DNA of 64,000 nucleotides from a virus. Lineage: Duplodnaviria; Caudoviricetes. The stretch is taken from positions 40,849 to 104,848 of the IMG/VR virus record IMGVR_UViG_3300021399_000122; one strand, 5' to 3'. Position numbers and translations under genes: made by a program. This document shows, piece by piece, positions 43,281 through 53,609 of this stretch. The notes below the pieces were generated by a model. It searched no databases. It was not told the DNA's origin and worked only from the letters and a program-made list of their open reading frames with translations. Numbering within the stretch: the stretch's first letter is position 1; the number at the start of each line of letters is the position of its first letter.

Positions 43281-43642
43281 TCTTCCTGTTTGTCGAGCTT
43301 TCTTACCTCGCTGATATGCCCCCAGACATAGTCCGCAAAAATATCAAAGTTTAACTTCAGCTGATCATAAACATCGATCTTAACGGCCTCTTTCTCATAG
43401 TCACCGACCCACGGGCCTATGACAATTTCCCACTCGCACTTCGACCAATAATAGTACATCAGCAGACTTTTCATTCCCTTTGTAAATTCCTCTTTGCTAA
43501 TATAATGCGTCTTACCATCGTCGCCTTTTTTGCGCTGTCTTGCAAGCTTCGCGAGGTCGGCGCAAAAACGCCCGTGGTCAAAGACATTAAAGGTCGTTAT
43601 TTTTCTTCTGTTGAAGTCGTGGTAGTACACGTTCCACTGCAT
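43277..43642 (-). CDS. Hypothetical phage protein
   Basis: 'YYYWSKCEWE...KIDVYDQL..N' is a conserved-looking motif; overlaps the dnaE start. Confidence 0.6.
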   Translation of the reverse strand: MQWNVYYHDFNRRKITTFNVFDHGRFCADLAKLARQRKKGDDGKTHYISKEEFTKGMKSLLMYYYWSKCEWEIVIGPWVGDYEKEAVKIDVYDQLKLNFDIFADYVWGHISEVRKLDKQEE

Positions 43643-43955
43643 TTTGACTCCTCCTGCTCAAACAATTTCTGGAGATTCCCACCCGGAGTAAGGTCGGCTC
43701 CTTCGTCAACGAACTCGTCAAGCGCAACATGCGCCGGCGGAACTGGCCAATTAAACGGGCTCCATCTGATTTCAGCGTCTAGAAACTTTGTGTAATTTAA
43801 GTCAGGTCTAACGAAATTTGGTATATCTTCCCATCTCATATCAATCTCCTTACAATCAAATTCGGCGACGGCGTCGCCGGTCGCCCTATCTACAATGCGC
43901 ATCGACGACGGCCCTCTTAATGTGTATGGTATGTCATCTCTCATCGCTATCGCTC

Positions 43956-44939
43956 CTATCTAATCCTCCGTTTCCTGCCGTATAACTCCATGAACACGTC
44001 CTTCCCCTTATCCACAGGTGCGTCCTTTTCATCAAGCAAACCCTTATCGTCATACAAGTAACTGACATTCACGTATTGTTTAAGTTTGAAAAGCCGTTCT
44101 ATTGTCCATGGCTGCACATCTTTATCCAGGGCGAACACCACATTCACGCCCAGCTTAGCGAGGATGCGCATCTGGTATTCAGATAAGTGCGATGTCAGAA
44201 TTGCTCCGGTATTATGAATGCCCCACGTGTCGGCGATCAGAACACTTTTGCAACCTTCAAACAGTATGACTTCACGCTTTTCTCTTATGGATTCCATATT
44301 CTCGCAGATGCCATAGACAATGTTGATCTGACCCCAAGGGTAGAAGTACGTATATTTACGCAGTCCTTTCTCCTTAAAGTCTGGGTCAAGCGTCCGCCCA
44401 CCAATATTCACTATCTTCCCGGCAATATTTCTGATCGGATAGACCAGTCTGTTGCTGAAAGGATCGTAGCAGACCTGAAATTTCTTCAAAGACTCTTTAG
44501 AAATCCCCTCTGCCTCCCAAACGGCAAGCTTGTCGGCCGGTCTTTCGTACTTTTCCATGACATCATCTGGTAAAACAACGCCAGCGAGTGCCTTCTGCTC
44601 GTGTTTTTTCTCAGCAAACCGCTTACATGTGAGCGTGGCTGACAGTTTTGGCTCCCCGATGACCACATCGCCATCAAACCCTGCATATTTTTTGAGAATT
44701 TCGACTGCCTCTTTGCTTCCACAGTGGAAATACTTCTTAACAAAGTGAAAAACGTTGCCACCCTGCCCGGAAGAGAAGTCATACCACTGATTGATTTCCC
44801 GCCTTACTGAGAATGAAGGGGTCTTCTCCTCCGTAAAGGGAGACAGACCCCAAAATTCATCATTTTTTGGGAAAAGTTCCGTGTACTGACCGATGAAATC
44901 AACAATGTCTATCTGTTTGATCAAATCTACAAGTTCCAC
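43956..44939 (-). CDS. dnaG: DNA primase (DnaG-like)
   Basis: 'PF.EEKTPSF' N-domain, 'RLVYPI', 'GGRT' and TOPRIM 'LFEG' / 'ALDKD'. Confidence 0.9.
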   Translation of the reverse strand: MELVDLIKQIDIVDFIGQYTELFPKNDEFWGLSPFTEEKTPSFSVRREINQWYDFSSGQGGNVFHFVKKYFHCGSKEAVEILKKYAGFDGDVVIGEPKLSATLTCKRFAEKKHEQKALAGVVLPDDVMEKYERPADKLAVWEAEGISKESLKKFQVCYDPFSNRLVYPIRNIAGKIVNIGGRTLDPDFKEKGLRKYTYFYPWGQINIVYGICENMESIREKREVILFEGCKSVLIADTWGIHNTGAILTSHLSEYQMRILAKLGVNVVFALDKDVQPWTIERLFKLKQYVNVSYLYDDKGLLDEKDAPVDKGKDVFMELYGRKRRIR

Positions 44940-44958
44940 GTTACCTTTTCACTCCTTT

Positions 44959-46290
44959 TTAGTATGGCGTTTCGGGAATATGCTGTTTAGCTTCTGTCAA
45001 CATGCATGTATTTCCCTCAAATTCGATGTCAATCCACTCTCCAGAGACATGCTGCATGCCATTTCTGTTATGAGATACGATCAGCTTCTTGTTTCCACAA
45101 TCCGGGCCGTACGTTTCAAGCTCCTCCTCGCTCTTATCGGTTAAGAGAAGGATCGAACTTGCGTTTCGGTAGATTTTTGCACTGTCCGCAAGCTTTCCAT
45201 AGCTGTTCAACTGGGCTGCAGCCAATGCCGCGATTCCCATGGCACCGGCAATGTCGTTCTTAACCATATCGGTGAGCTTTCCGAGCTCAGCATAGGTCGC
45301 GAAGGCATCAGAATCACCACTCGACTTCAGATAGTCGACGATCAGGATGTCAAGCCCGTCAAACTTGTGATAAGTTTTCTGAACGGCGGTATAAATCGCC
45401 TCCTGACTGAACAACGGCATATAAATATGCTTGAATTTACAGGTCTTGACCCACGCTATCGCCTCTTTAATTCTCTGGCCTTCTTCTTCGTCGTATCTGC
45501 CACTGCGAACTCGCCTGAATTCGATCCCTGTGAGATGAGAAACCAATCTGCACAGGAACAATCTGCTGGAAAGCTCGCTGTCTATGTACATTACGGATTT
45601 TCCACGCTTCAGGAGGTCTACTGCCTCGTTAAGCATGAACATTGACTTGGCACCTTTCGCTGGTGCGCCAAGCACGACGAGTTCGCCAGGTTCGATAGTT
45701 AAAAAATCGTTCAAAGTAGGAAACTTGAATGGCGTGCCGGCGAATTTGCCGTCTTGATGCGCCTCGACCTCAGCCCAGAGCTCATCAACAACATCACCGA
45801 AGACGGGGTCGTCATCGATGACTGAATAAGACGACATTGTCTCGTCGATGAGTGTGTAGATTTTCTGCTGGACGCCCTCGACCGTCCGGTCGTAACATAA
45901 GCCCTGACATTCCTGTAATTTTCTGAACGTATCGCGTCTAAATGCGGCGTCGAGGACGTTTGAAACGAGCATTTTATATTCTTCAACGGTATTTCGTTTC
46001 AAAACATCACTCATTTCAAATAATTCCTGCAACTTTTCTACCGAAAGCGCATCTGCCAGTTTTCTTGTGGCTTCGGAGGCGTTCAGATCCTCAATAATAT
46101 TGTAGGGGTCTATGTTTTTGATTTCCCTTTTGACCAGATCGCTGATCGCCGTGTAAATCAGGCGGTTTTCCTTATTGGTAAAGTGGTTTGGGAGTAAGAA
46201 CTCTGAGTAATAGATTAATTCCGGATTATGAATCAACGATGCAATTATCCCGGCCTCGCTCTCAATGCTATTTATATCGTCAGCTCTCAT
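44959..46290 (-). CDS. dnaB: Replicative DNA helicase (DnaB-like)
   Basis: N-terminal 'ESEAGIIASL', Walker A variant 'GAPAKGAKS', 'IVDYL', 'AAQLN' and 'NRNG'. Confidence 0.85.
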   Translation of the reverse strand: MRADDINSIESEAGIIASLIHNPELIYYSEFLLPNHFTNKENRLIYTAISDLVKREIKNIDPYNIIEDLNASEATRKLADALSVEKLQELFEMSDVLKRNTVEEYKMLVSNVLDAAFRRDTFRKLQECQGLCYDRTVEGVQQKIYTLIDETMSSYSVIDDDPVFGDVVDELWAEVEAHQDGKFAGTPFKFPTLNDFLTIEPGELVVLGAPAKGAKSMFMLNEAVDLLKRGKSVMYIDSELSSRLFLCRLVSHLTGIEFRRVRSGRYDEEEGQRIKEAIAWVKTCKFKHIYMPLFSQEAIYTAVQKTYHKFDGLDILIVDYLKSSGDSDAFATYAELGKLTDMVKNDIAGAMGIAALAAAQLNSYGKLADSAKIYRNASSILLLTDKSEEELETYGPDCGNKKLIVSHNRNGMQHVSGEWIDIEFEGNTCMLTEAKQHIPETPY

Positions 46291-47083
46291 CTGAATTTCC
46301 CTTCCTGTCTACAAAGCAACATTCATCGCTATAATCACACAGATATCGGCAGAAGAAGTAATCAATGTTCGGATAGAAATCATTTGTCGCCTGAATCTTC
46401 TCGATAGTGTGTGTTGCCCACTCAATTGCTTCCTCGTAACGCTCCATCACGAATGGTTCCTCGATGAACACCCCACTTTTGAAACAGTTGAAGCATAGCA
46501 TGACCGGGAATTTCCCGTATTCTTCGCGGACGGCAGAAGCATACAGATATAATTGGCGGAGCATTTCATCTAGTTCCTTATCCTTCAGGGTCGGTTTCTT
46601 GCGTTTACTCCGTGGTTTTAAGTCTCTTGACTTGTTGTCGACGATGTAATATTCCCCATCTTTTTCCCCAAGGTAGTCAATAAACCCCACGAATCTATGC
46701 CCTGCGATCTCGAAGCGAACTTTCTTTTCCACGTCAACAACGTTGTATGGAAATGGTTCGAACGATTTCAGGTATTCATAACCAGCCCTGATATACTTGT
46801 CCACGATTCCCCCGGGAGGGCGTTCGCCTTTGACGTTCTCGGAAAACTTCGACAAGAATTCAGAAGCAAGCGCCCCTTTGGGGAGTTCGCCCTTGTAATA
46901 CCGCTCCAGAAGCTTGTGAATGAACGAGCCATACGAGCTGTAAAACATAGGCTTTGAATTGATCCGCAGCGGATCGTCTATGTATTCAAGAAACCACTTA
47001 TACCGGCAGGTATTGAAGCAGTCAATGCGACTATAGCTCCATGTCATTTTCTTAATCAGAGAATCATATTTCCCTTCTGACAT
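46280..47083 (-). CDS. PD-(D/E)XK exonuclease (Cas4/AddB-like)
   Basis: 'WSYSR....CRY', 'GFIDY', 'IVDNKS', 'QLYLY' and a C-terminal Cys cluster. Confidence 0.85.
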   Translation of the reverse strand: MSEGKYDSLIKKMTWSYSRIDCFNTCRYKWFLEYIDDPLRINSKPMFYSSYGSFIHKLLERYYKGELPKGALASEFLSKFSENVKGERPPGGIVDKYIRAGYEYLKSFEPFPYNVVDVEKKVRFEIAGHRFVGFIDYLGEKDGEYYIVDNKSRDLKPRSKRKKPTLKDKELDEMLRQLYLYASAVREEYGKFPVMLCFNCFKSGVFIEEPFVMERYEEAIEWATHTIEKIQATNDFYPNIDYFFCRYLCDYSDECCFVDRKGNSDES

Positions 47084-47098
47084 TTCGCTACCTCACGA

Positions 47099-47485
47099 TC
47101 AGAACGGCAGATTTGAATCGTCAATTTCCGCCAGTGGCTCAGTTTTTTCTTCAGCCGGGGCTGTGTGCTCGGTGTGGCTATTGTCGCCTGCGTCATCAGC
47201 CATTTCGAAAGAGAAAATCTTGAAGTTTGTGTACATTTCTCTCTTTTCCTTATCGTATTTTGTAGAGACGTCAACGTCACCGAGCTTAATACGATCTCTT
47301 TCTTTTAATTCGAGAGCCCTCTTCGCTGCACTAGAGCCGATAAATGCAACGAATGCCCCGAAATCCTGTACGTATTTATCTGTTTTCGGATCTTTTCTGC
47401 TGATTGAAATCTGTGCCTTGGTCAGTGTCTGTGAAATTCCTTCGACACTCCAAACGGTTGCGTATGCGCCTTTTCTAAAACCCAT
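47099..47485 (-). CDS. ssb: Single-stranded DNA-binding protein
   Basis: OB-fold size; acidic tail ending 'DDSNLPF'; located next to the ERF gene. Confidence 0.75.
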   Translation of the reverse strand: MGFRKGAYATVWSVEGISQTLTKAQISISRKDPKTDKYVQDFGAFVAFIGSSAAKRALELKERDRIKLGDVDVSTKYDKEKREMYTNFKIFSFEMADDAGDNSHTEHTAPAEEKTEPLAEIDDSNLPF

Positions 47486-47487
47486 CT

Positions 47488-48255
47488 TTATTCCCCTTTC
47501 TTTTTTGTTGCCTTAACCTGCTCGCCATTACCTTCAGACGGCTCTTCGCTAGGCTTTTCATTAAGATAAACCGCCTTGAAGTCGTTCAGAATGCGAGCCG
47601 CAGTCTTAGAATCCTTGATCTTGTTATAGTCAGAATTCTTTACGTACTTACCACAGAAGTCTTTGATCTCTTCCTTCTTATCACCATTGTTGGCGAGGAA
47701 ATCCTTAATGAGATCATCAAACTCTTTGATCAGCGCCTCAGCAATTGCCTTGTCTTCCTGCGCCTCAGCTTCTTTCTGCTTGCTGCGGTAGGCATCGACA
47801 TCATTGTCGACCGTGGCAATCTGGAAGTAGTCAATCAGGAAGTACCTTGTGCAATACGTCAGCGCAGAACCGAACGCCTGCGACGGATCGCCCTGCGAAC
47901 CAACGAGATGCCACGGCACGAGGATCGTTTCGTCGAGGTTATCATCGTTGATCCACTGGAATTCCATCTCGGCATCGATGAGAACTTCATACGTTACGTC
48001 TGTGTACTGGGTGCCGTCTTTAGCGAACTTCACCTTTTCGTTGCGGAGCTGCTCATATTTAAATGAGCCCGGCACAATCTTTGGGATCAGTGACACATGG
48101 TATTTTTTCATACCAGCGGTGATACCAGCCAATACAGAAGCAATGTCGGCATACGTGTATCCGTAACCTTTTTTGTCTTTTCCGACCACACCGGACATGC
48201 TTCTGACCATGGCAAGTTTCTGAACCAAGTTGAGTTTTGTAACATCTTCACTCAT
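47488..48255 (-). CDS. ERF-family single-strand annealing protein
   Basis: 'GYGYTYA' and 'Q.FGSALTY.TRY' motifs. Confidence 0.85.
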   Translation of the reverse strand: MSEDVTKLNLVQKLAMVRSMSGVVGKDKKGYGYTYADIASVLAGITAGMKKYHVSLIPKIVPGSFKYEQLRNEKVKFAKDGTQYTDVTYEVLIDAEMEFQWINDDNLDETILVPWHLVGSQGDPSQAFGSALTYCTRYFLIDYFQIATVDNDVDAYRSKQKEAEAQEDKAIAEALIKEFDDLIKDFLANNGDKKEEIKDFCGKYVKNSDYNKIKDSKTAARILNDFKAVYLNEKPSEEPSEGNGEQVKATKKKGE

Positions 48256-48288
48256 AAGTCTTAATCTTTACCATCCTTTCACATAACT

Positions 48289-48331
48289 TGGCGGAGACTG
48301 ACGGAGTCGAACCGTCATAAACCCTTTCTCC
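48289..48331 (-). other. tRNA 3'-half/minihelix-like sequence
   Basis: GGAGA-AAGGGTTTAT-GACGG TTCGACT CCGTC-AG-TCTCC-G-CCA. Confidence 0.5.
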
Positions 48332-48392
48332 ATTATATTCGTTTCTATCTTTTTATATGTAATCGATAGCCCGCTTTTGACGGGCATCGTTT

Positions 48393-49391
48393 TTATTCCC
48401 AGAAGACCGACTTCCAGGTTTTGTAGTCGTGAAGGAGTGTGCTTGCTGTGGATGCGATCCTCACATATTCGCTCCGATTGGTTGTATACGAAGCGTTCTC
48501 GTCAATGTCAATCTGCGCTTTGTAAGCGATCGTCGATGCGGCATATGACCTGAAGTTTGGCTCAATCCCGGTCTCGAGTTCTTTGCGATAGGCCTCAAAG
48601 AATAACCCAGACATTTGAACTGATTGCCACTTCAGCCGAGGGATTTCCGGGAATTTCTTCAAAGCCCTGGTCATAACCCTTGCCGTTCCGGCTTGTAGCG
48701 TTGGTAACTCAATTTCAGAAATTGTCCTGAGCAGCTGTGAACCTGCCGCTCTTGGGGTAGTAATGTCGTACTTGCCAGCCCTGAGGGTGTGTATCATACG
48801 CATATTTACTGCGGCTTCGAAATCTGATTTCGCCAACTCGTAGATTGGATACACCCGCCCTTTGTGACGGACTACCATTTCCGTTAGATCGACATCCTCT
48901 GCGAGGACGTCACAGACATCTCTGGATTCCATCCCGGCATAAGCGAGCCACCAATAAACCCTTCTGGTTCTGTTTGCACCCATGTAGTCAAGTGGTTCGC
49001 CCATTGCGACACTTATTTTGTCTAAAACTTCGTTTAAGTGCTGCGGATTTTTTAAGTGAAGCCCTTTGAACGACTCCTTATTGATTAAACCCTGATCGGT
49101 GCGATCTCTTTTGTTTAATAAATCATGATTGACTTTGATGGATGGTTCGTTTTGAATGACCCACCGAACATACATTCGTATATCGGAGGCCCGGGACGCT
49201 GCCGTTCTGGTCGTTCTCCCGCCCCTAACGGATATTAACTCCCAAAATTCCTCCACTGTGAACTCCGAGATGTCTTTATGCTTTTCGGTTTCAAACTCGG
49301 CGATGCTTTCAAAGAACACCTCACGTTTACGCCGACCATCATTATCGGGCAAAGACTCCAAAAACTTTCTTTTGACTTTGTCGTTATACAT
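48393..49391 (-). CDS. Catalytically degenerate tyrosine-recombinase-fold protein, SPbeta MrpR/YopR-like repressor
   Basis: 'MYNDKVKRKFLESL...ETEKHKDISEFT..E..ELI...YVRW' and 'SV.MSGLF.EAY' resemble YopR as I recall it; the catalytic R and HxxR are absent. Confidence 0.6.
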   Translation of the reverse strand: MYNDKVKRKFLESLPDNDGRRKREVFFESIAEFETEKHKDISEFTVEEFWELISVRGGRTTRTAASRASDIRMYVRWVIQNEPSIKVNHDLLNKRDRTDQGLINKESFKGLHLKNPQHLNEVLDKISVAMGEPLDYMGANRTRRVYWWLAYAGMESRDVCDVLAEDVDLTEMVVRHKGRVYPIYELAKSDFEAAVNMRMIHTLRAGKYDITTPRAAGSQLLRTISEIELPTLQAGTARVMTRALKKFPEIPRLKWQSVQMSGLFFEAYRKELETGIEPNFRSYAASTIAYKAQIDIDENASYTTNRSEYVRIASTASTLLHDYKTWKSVFWE

Positions 49392-49417
49392 AATATCCCT
49401 CTTTCCATAATTATGTA

Positions 49418-49927
49418 TTACGCAACTTGCGTTGCGTCAAGGGATACCGCTCGATTTCTTACGTCAATTAATTTCTCCTCCGTTATTCTTGAGATCGCTC
49501 CTGTTGCCAAAAGATATGCAACAGAGACCTCCTCCATTTGTTGCGGTTTGATAGTCGTCAGGTACTTGATCAGTTTTTTCTTCGAAACGCATACCGGATT
49601 TTCACATAAAACCATACTGTCATGTTGCAATCCCGCCTCCCCGGCGTTGAGGATTACGTGTGTTGGCTGGTTGGTTTTCTTAAGCGAAGTTGTCAGCGGT
49701 AGCACGATTACATTAGGGCTATACTGATTACCCTTGTTGTTCGAGATAATGAGCGCAGGCCTTACCCCGCTCTGTTCCTGATCGGTTCCGTCGAATCTAA
49801 GAAGGTAGATATCGCCGAGGCTCGGTATTTTACTTGGTTCTGTATTTAAGTTCGTTTCTATCCTTTCCTTCTTTGTGATTAAATTTTTAGCACATTCCTT
49901 TGCCTCCGTCAATATATCGTGACGCAT
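49418..49927 (-). CDS. MazF/PemK-family endoribonuclease toxin
   Basis: 'GDIY......EQSGVRPALIISNN.GN.YSPNVIVLPLTT...PTHV...DS.VLCE'. Confidence 0.88.
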   Translation of the reverse strand: MRHDILTEAKECAKNLITKKERIETNLNTEPSKIPSLGDIYLLRFDGTDQEQSGVRPALIISNNKGNQYSPNVIVLPLTTSLKKTNQPTHVILNAGEAGLQHDSMVLCENPVCVSKKKLIKYLTTIKPQQMEEVSVAYLLATGAISRITEEKLIDVRNRAVSLDATQVA

Positions 49928-50228
49928 TTTCTTTGTTTACCCAGTAGACAGTTTCAGAGTATTCATTTCCGACCTCGTCGGTGCAGATGATTTCAAACTT
50001 CATTTTCCCGTCCTCCTTCTTTGTTGGGATTATATTTTTAACGTTATCGAACTGTATCGATACAGATCGACCCTTTAAAACCAGCGTTGCCGGTATGTAA
50101 AAAACCATGGCCTGTGTAAAAGCCGTGGTTATATCGAAGCTATATTCAAGCTTGCTAGAGCCAGCATCGTATACGGCAACGCCATCGCAATGCTGATTGA
50201 TGTAGTTTTTAAATTCTGTTAAATCCAT
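49887..50228 (-). CDS. Hypothetical protein upstream of the MazF-like gene
   Basis: Overlaps the toxin start; no recognisable AbrB or RHH antitoxin motif. Confidence 0.5.
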   Translation of the reverse strand: MDLTEFKNYINQHCDGVAVYDAGSSKLEYSFDITTAFTQAMVFYIPATLVLKGRSVSIQFDNVKNIIPTKKEDGKMKFEIICTDEVGNEYSETVYWVNKENASRYIDGGKGMC

Positions 50229-50261
50229 TGTTGTTCCTCCCTCCGAACGCCGTCAGCAATA

Positions 50262-50492
50262 CTACTCCGCCGCTTCATTCAAAAGATCAATTACATCCTG
50301 AATCCCTTGCGCGGCGTCATCCAATTTATCAACCGCGTTTTCCATCTTCTCATAACGATCAGAGTATTCAAGATTCTCGGGCATATTATAAAGGCAATCC
50401 TGTTCTTCGCTTCTTGCGTTGTCGATTAATGAAAAAGCCGTTTCCAAAATCGAAACGGCTCTGTAAATCTTGTTTCTTCTTTTGTCGTTCAT
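50262..50492 (-). CDS. Hypothetical acidic helical phage protein
   Basis: 'MN..RR..I......EEQD...NMPENL..S.R.E.ME' is a common phage family pattern. Confidence 0.6.
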   Translation of the reverse strand: MNDKRRNKIYRAVSILETAFSLIDNARSEEQDCLYNMPENLEYSDRYEKMENAVDKLDDAAQGIQDVIDLLNEAAE

Positions 50493-51267
50493 TACCCCTC
50501 CTAGTTAGCAATTAAAACCCATATACCTGGTATTGATATCGTCCATTTTGTTCTCGCCTCTTCGGTCGCTTCAAAGCTGAGCCCGGTGGCCCGCATAATA
50601 ACATCACAAACGAATGACGAATCAGCCACGGTCTCTTCTACATAGAAACTTTCCATAGTTATTATAAAGCCCATGTTGTCCTTGTCGAAGTCAACATCAA
50701 TATTCTCCACGTCCCAATTTTTTATGAAATCTTCTATTGCTAGGATGGTGTCGACAAATTCCTCGCGGAGACCAAGGTCAACCGCATATACGCCATCGTA
50801 TTTATCAGTTACGTTATTGGCGATACTAGTAATCAGCGCTTTAAAATCCATATTAATTCTTACTCCTGTCGGTCGATCTTGTGGCCATATCAAAGAACGT
50901 TAAATTAATATCCACAAATCCGTCCGTTCTCGCCTCAACCTCAAGCGAGTCGGAAAGAGAGATGGCGTATTTAAAAGCCGTCATGTCTTTCACACTAACA
51001 GGTTTTGTCCTCAAGCCAATTGTACCGACACGGCCCTGTCTGGTTATCATGGGTTTGAGTGTGCAATTCCTTCCGCCAACCGGAAATGCTATTGCCATTA
51101 GGTCGCAAGCAATATTAAATTTGTTGTGTTGTGATTCATTCTTTTCGTAGCTCTCGGGCTTTCCGGGCTTAGCGTTTGCAGCCGCATACATAAGCGCCTT
51201 TATTATCGGATCATTTTCAAACGCCGCATCATAATCTTCTTCTAGATTAATTTTATACTTTTCCATA

Positions 51268-52380
51268 TCATCCTCTTATCGTTTTAACACATGCCGCGAT
51301 GTTGGTCGCTGCCGTTTCCACATCACTGGCTGTATTCATACTTGAGAAAGAAACCCTGATCGAACTCATCGCCTCTTCATCAGATAAGCCCATAGCCTTC
51401 AAAACCCTGCTTGGTTTTGTCTCACCGGCATGGCATGCTGACCCGGCAGATACGCAGATTCCCCTAGACGAAAGCATTAAAATTAACGTTTCAGCATCAA
51501 CACCACGGAATGTAAGGTTTAAGATCTTTGGGTTAGGCTTCCCATTAATTTGAATTATATCATAAACCTCCGCTCCAAAGTACTTTACACATTCTTCATA
51601 CAGCTTTGATTTGAACATGTTGGAAAGTTTCGGATCAACTTTGGCTTCTGCAATATGGTTACAAGCCTCCCCAAATCCAATGATACCGAGTACATTCTTT
51701 GTTCCCGGCCTTACCCCGCCGCCCTGTGTTGGCGAACCCGCCAGCAGCGGAACGATCGTTGACTTATCTTTGACATAGATAGCGCCAACTCCTTGCGGGC
51801 CGTGTACTTTGTGCGACGAGATCGTCAAGAAATCCACATTAAGCTCTTTGACATTGATTGGATATTGTCCGAAGGCCTGGACATAATCGATGTGTGCTAA
51901 TGCTTTTTTTGAATGCGCCATTTTAACGACCCTTGAAATATCATTAGCCGTTCCGACCTCATTGTTGACGGCCATTATCGAAACTAAGCCAGTGCCAAAA
52001 CCAATCGCATCATTAAGTTCATCGTAGTTAAGTTCCCCACCCCTATCAACAGATATAAACTTGTGTGGTTTCCTTATATTGACCGCTTCATAAACTGATG
52101 AGTGCTCAACTGAAGATGTGACAATTCCGCGACTGTCAAAGCCATTGATTACAGTGGTGTTACCCTCAGTGCCACCAGATGTAAAATAGATACATTCGGG
52201 GTCTGCGCCAATTGCGTCAGCCACCTGCCTTCTTGCATTCTCTACCATGTTTGAAAGCGGAAACCCAACACAATGCCTTGAATCTGGATTACCATAAAGC
52301 CCCGCATCAAGATAATACTTCATAACGCTTATTACGTCATCAGACATTTTTGTCGACGCTGCGTTGTCAAGATAAATCAT
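51268..52380 (-). CDS. Cysteine desulfurase (IscS/NifS group I)
   Basis: 'IYLDNAAST', 'FTSGGTE', 'NNEVG', PLP Lys in 'SSHKVHGP.GVG' and catalytic Cys in 'SAGSACH'. Confidence 0.93.
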   Translation of the reverse strand: MIYLDNAASTKMSDDVISVMKYYLDAGLYGNPDSRHCVGFPLSNMVENARRQVADAIGADPECIYFTSGGTEGNTTVINGFDSRGIVTSSVEHSSVYEAVNIRKPHKFISVDRGGELNYDELNDAIGFGTGLVSIMAVNNEVGTANDISRVVKMAHSKKALAHIDYVQAFGQYPINVKELNVDFLTISSHKVHGPQGVGAIYVKDKSTIVPLLAGSPTQGGGVRPGTKNVLGIIGFGEACNHIAEAKVDPKLSNMFKSKLYEECVKYFGAEVYDIIQINGKPNPKILNLTFRGVDAETLILMLSSRGICVSAGSACHAGETKPSRVLKAMGLSDEEAMSSIRVSFSSMNTASDVETAATNIAACVKTIRG

Positions 52381-52575
52381 TATGAATCGCCCTCCTCGTT
52401 TGCCCGTTTTGTATATTCCGATATGAGTTCTGCCTTTAGCTTTTCTTTCAGGCGCTCGCGCTCCCGCGCTTCTTCTTCGTCTACACGGTTCATAGCATTA
52501 ACCACTGACCACCCGTCGTGTTCCAGCAATTGGCATATTCTACCTTTGTACAGAATGGCATGGTCGCCAATATAT

Positions 52576-53145
52576 TCAAACTGAGACATCCTCTATCCTC
52601 GCGTAAATATCACAATACACAGAGTCGACTGCGTCATCGATCTTCTCGATAAACCAAGGCTTGTCAACTACCTCTCTGTAGTAGTATGGCCAATTCCCAC
52701 CGCCAATTTTTGCATGAATATATAACACATCGCTCCTTCCGGCGTACTTGTTCCAAACCTCCCACTGGCGTTTGTAACGTACTAGGTCGTTGTGAATTGC
52801 GGTTTTAAGCAATTTTTTCCTTCTGCCGTGAATCCGATCCCATCTGACAGTACTGTTTTCGTCACACCAATCACCATTGATGTATCGCGCAATATTCTTA
52901 TTAGTACCTGGGCAATAGTCTGAAAACCAATTGTTATAAACCCACCTGCTTCTAATCAATTCGCACAAGCAGCCCACCTCAAGTGATCGCATATGCTCTT
53001 TCTTCCATTTGTCAAAGTCAATCGGCTCTTCGTCCTTCATTAATCTATAGCCTCGTAACCTTGGGCAGTCGATCCCATTTCGCTGTGCGATCTCGCTCAG
53101 CTCTTCAATTTGTCCGTAAGCTCCTAAATCCATATCATCCTCCAT
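52576..53145 (-). CDS. Hypothetical phage protein
   Basis: Conserved-looking 'PRLRGYRLM...YIHAKIGGGNW...D..YCDIYA'. Confidence 0.6.
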   Translation of the reverse strand: MEDDMDLGAYGQIEELSEIAQRNGIDCPRLRGYRLMKDEEPIDFDKWKKEHMRSLEVGCLCELIRSRWVYNNWFSDYCPGTNKNIARYINGDWCDENSTVRWDRIHGRRKKLLKTAIHNDLVRYKRQWEVWNKYAGRSDVLYIHAKIGGGNWPYYYREVVDKPWFIEKIDDAVDSVYCDIYARIEDVSV

Positions 53146-53609
53146 TAATTTGAACTTGCCTTCTCGTAAAGCCAGTCAAGGAATTCCTGTCTTGGCACAA
53201 CGATAACCTCGTCGTCTGGCATAAGCCCTGTGATGACACACGTATCGTCAGGAAGCGGCACTTGTTTTGCAGTATTCGGACTGCAGAATGCAACGACAAT
53301 TTCATCATCTCTGATCATATTATTCCTCTCGGAAGACTTTCCTAAACTCAACATCGCCAGCAATCAATGCCGCCTTGTTGATACACTCCTTATATTCCTT
53401 GCCACGGTTGTTATAAAACTCAGCTTTTATAAGCACAAAACGGGGGTATTCTTTGACGACAACCACCCTGTCTGGCTTGTGCGGGCCGATACCGCTGACT
53501 GATTCATTGAACACAAAACCCCTTGTGCAAATCAGTTCATCGCCTTCCTTGAGACCAAGATTAATCTCGGCGTCAATGGGCTTTCCTCTTTGAAACATTA
53601 AAATCCTCC

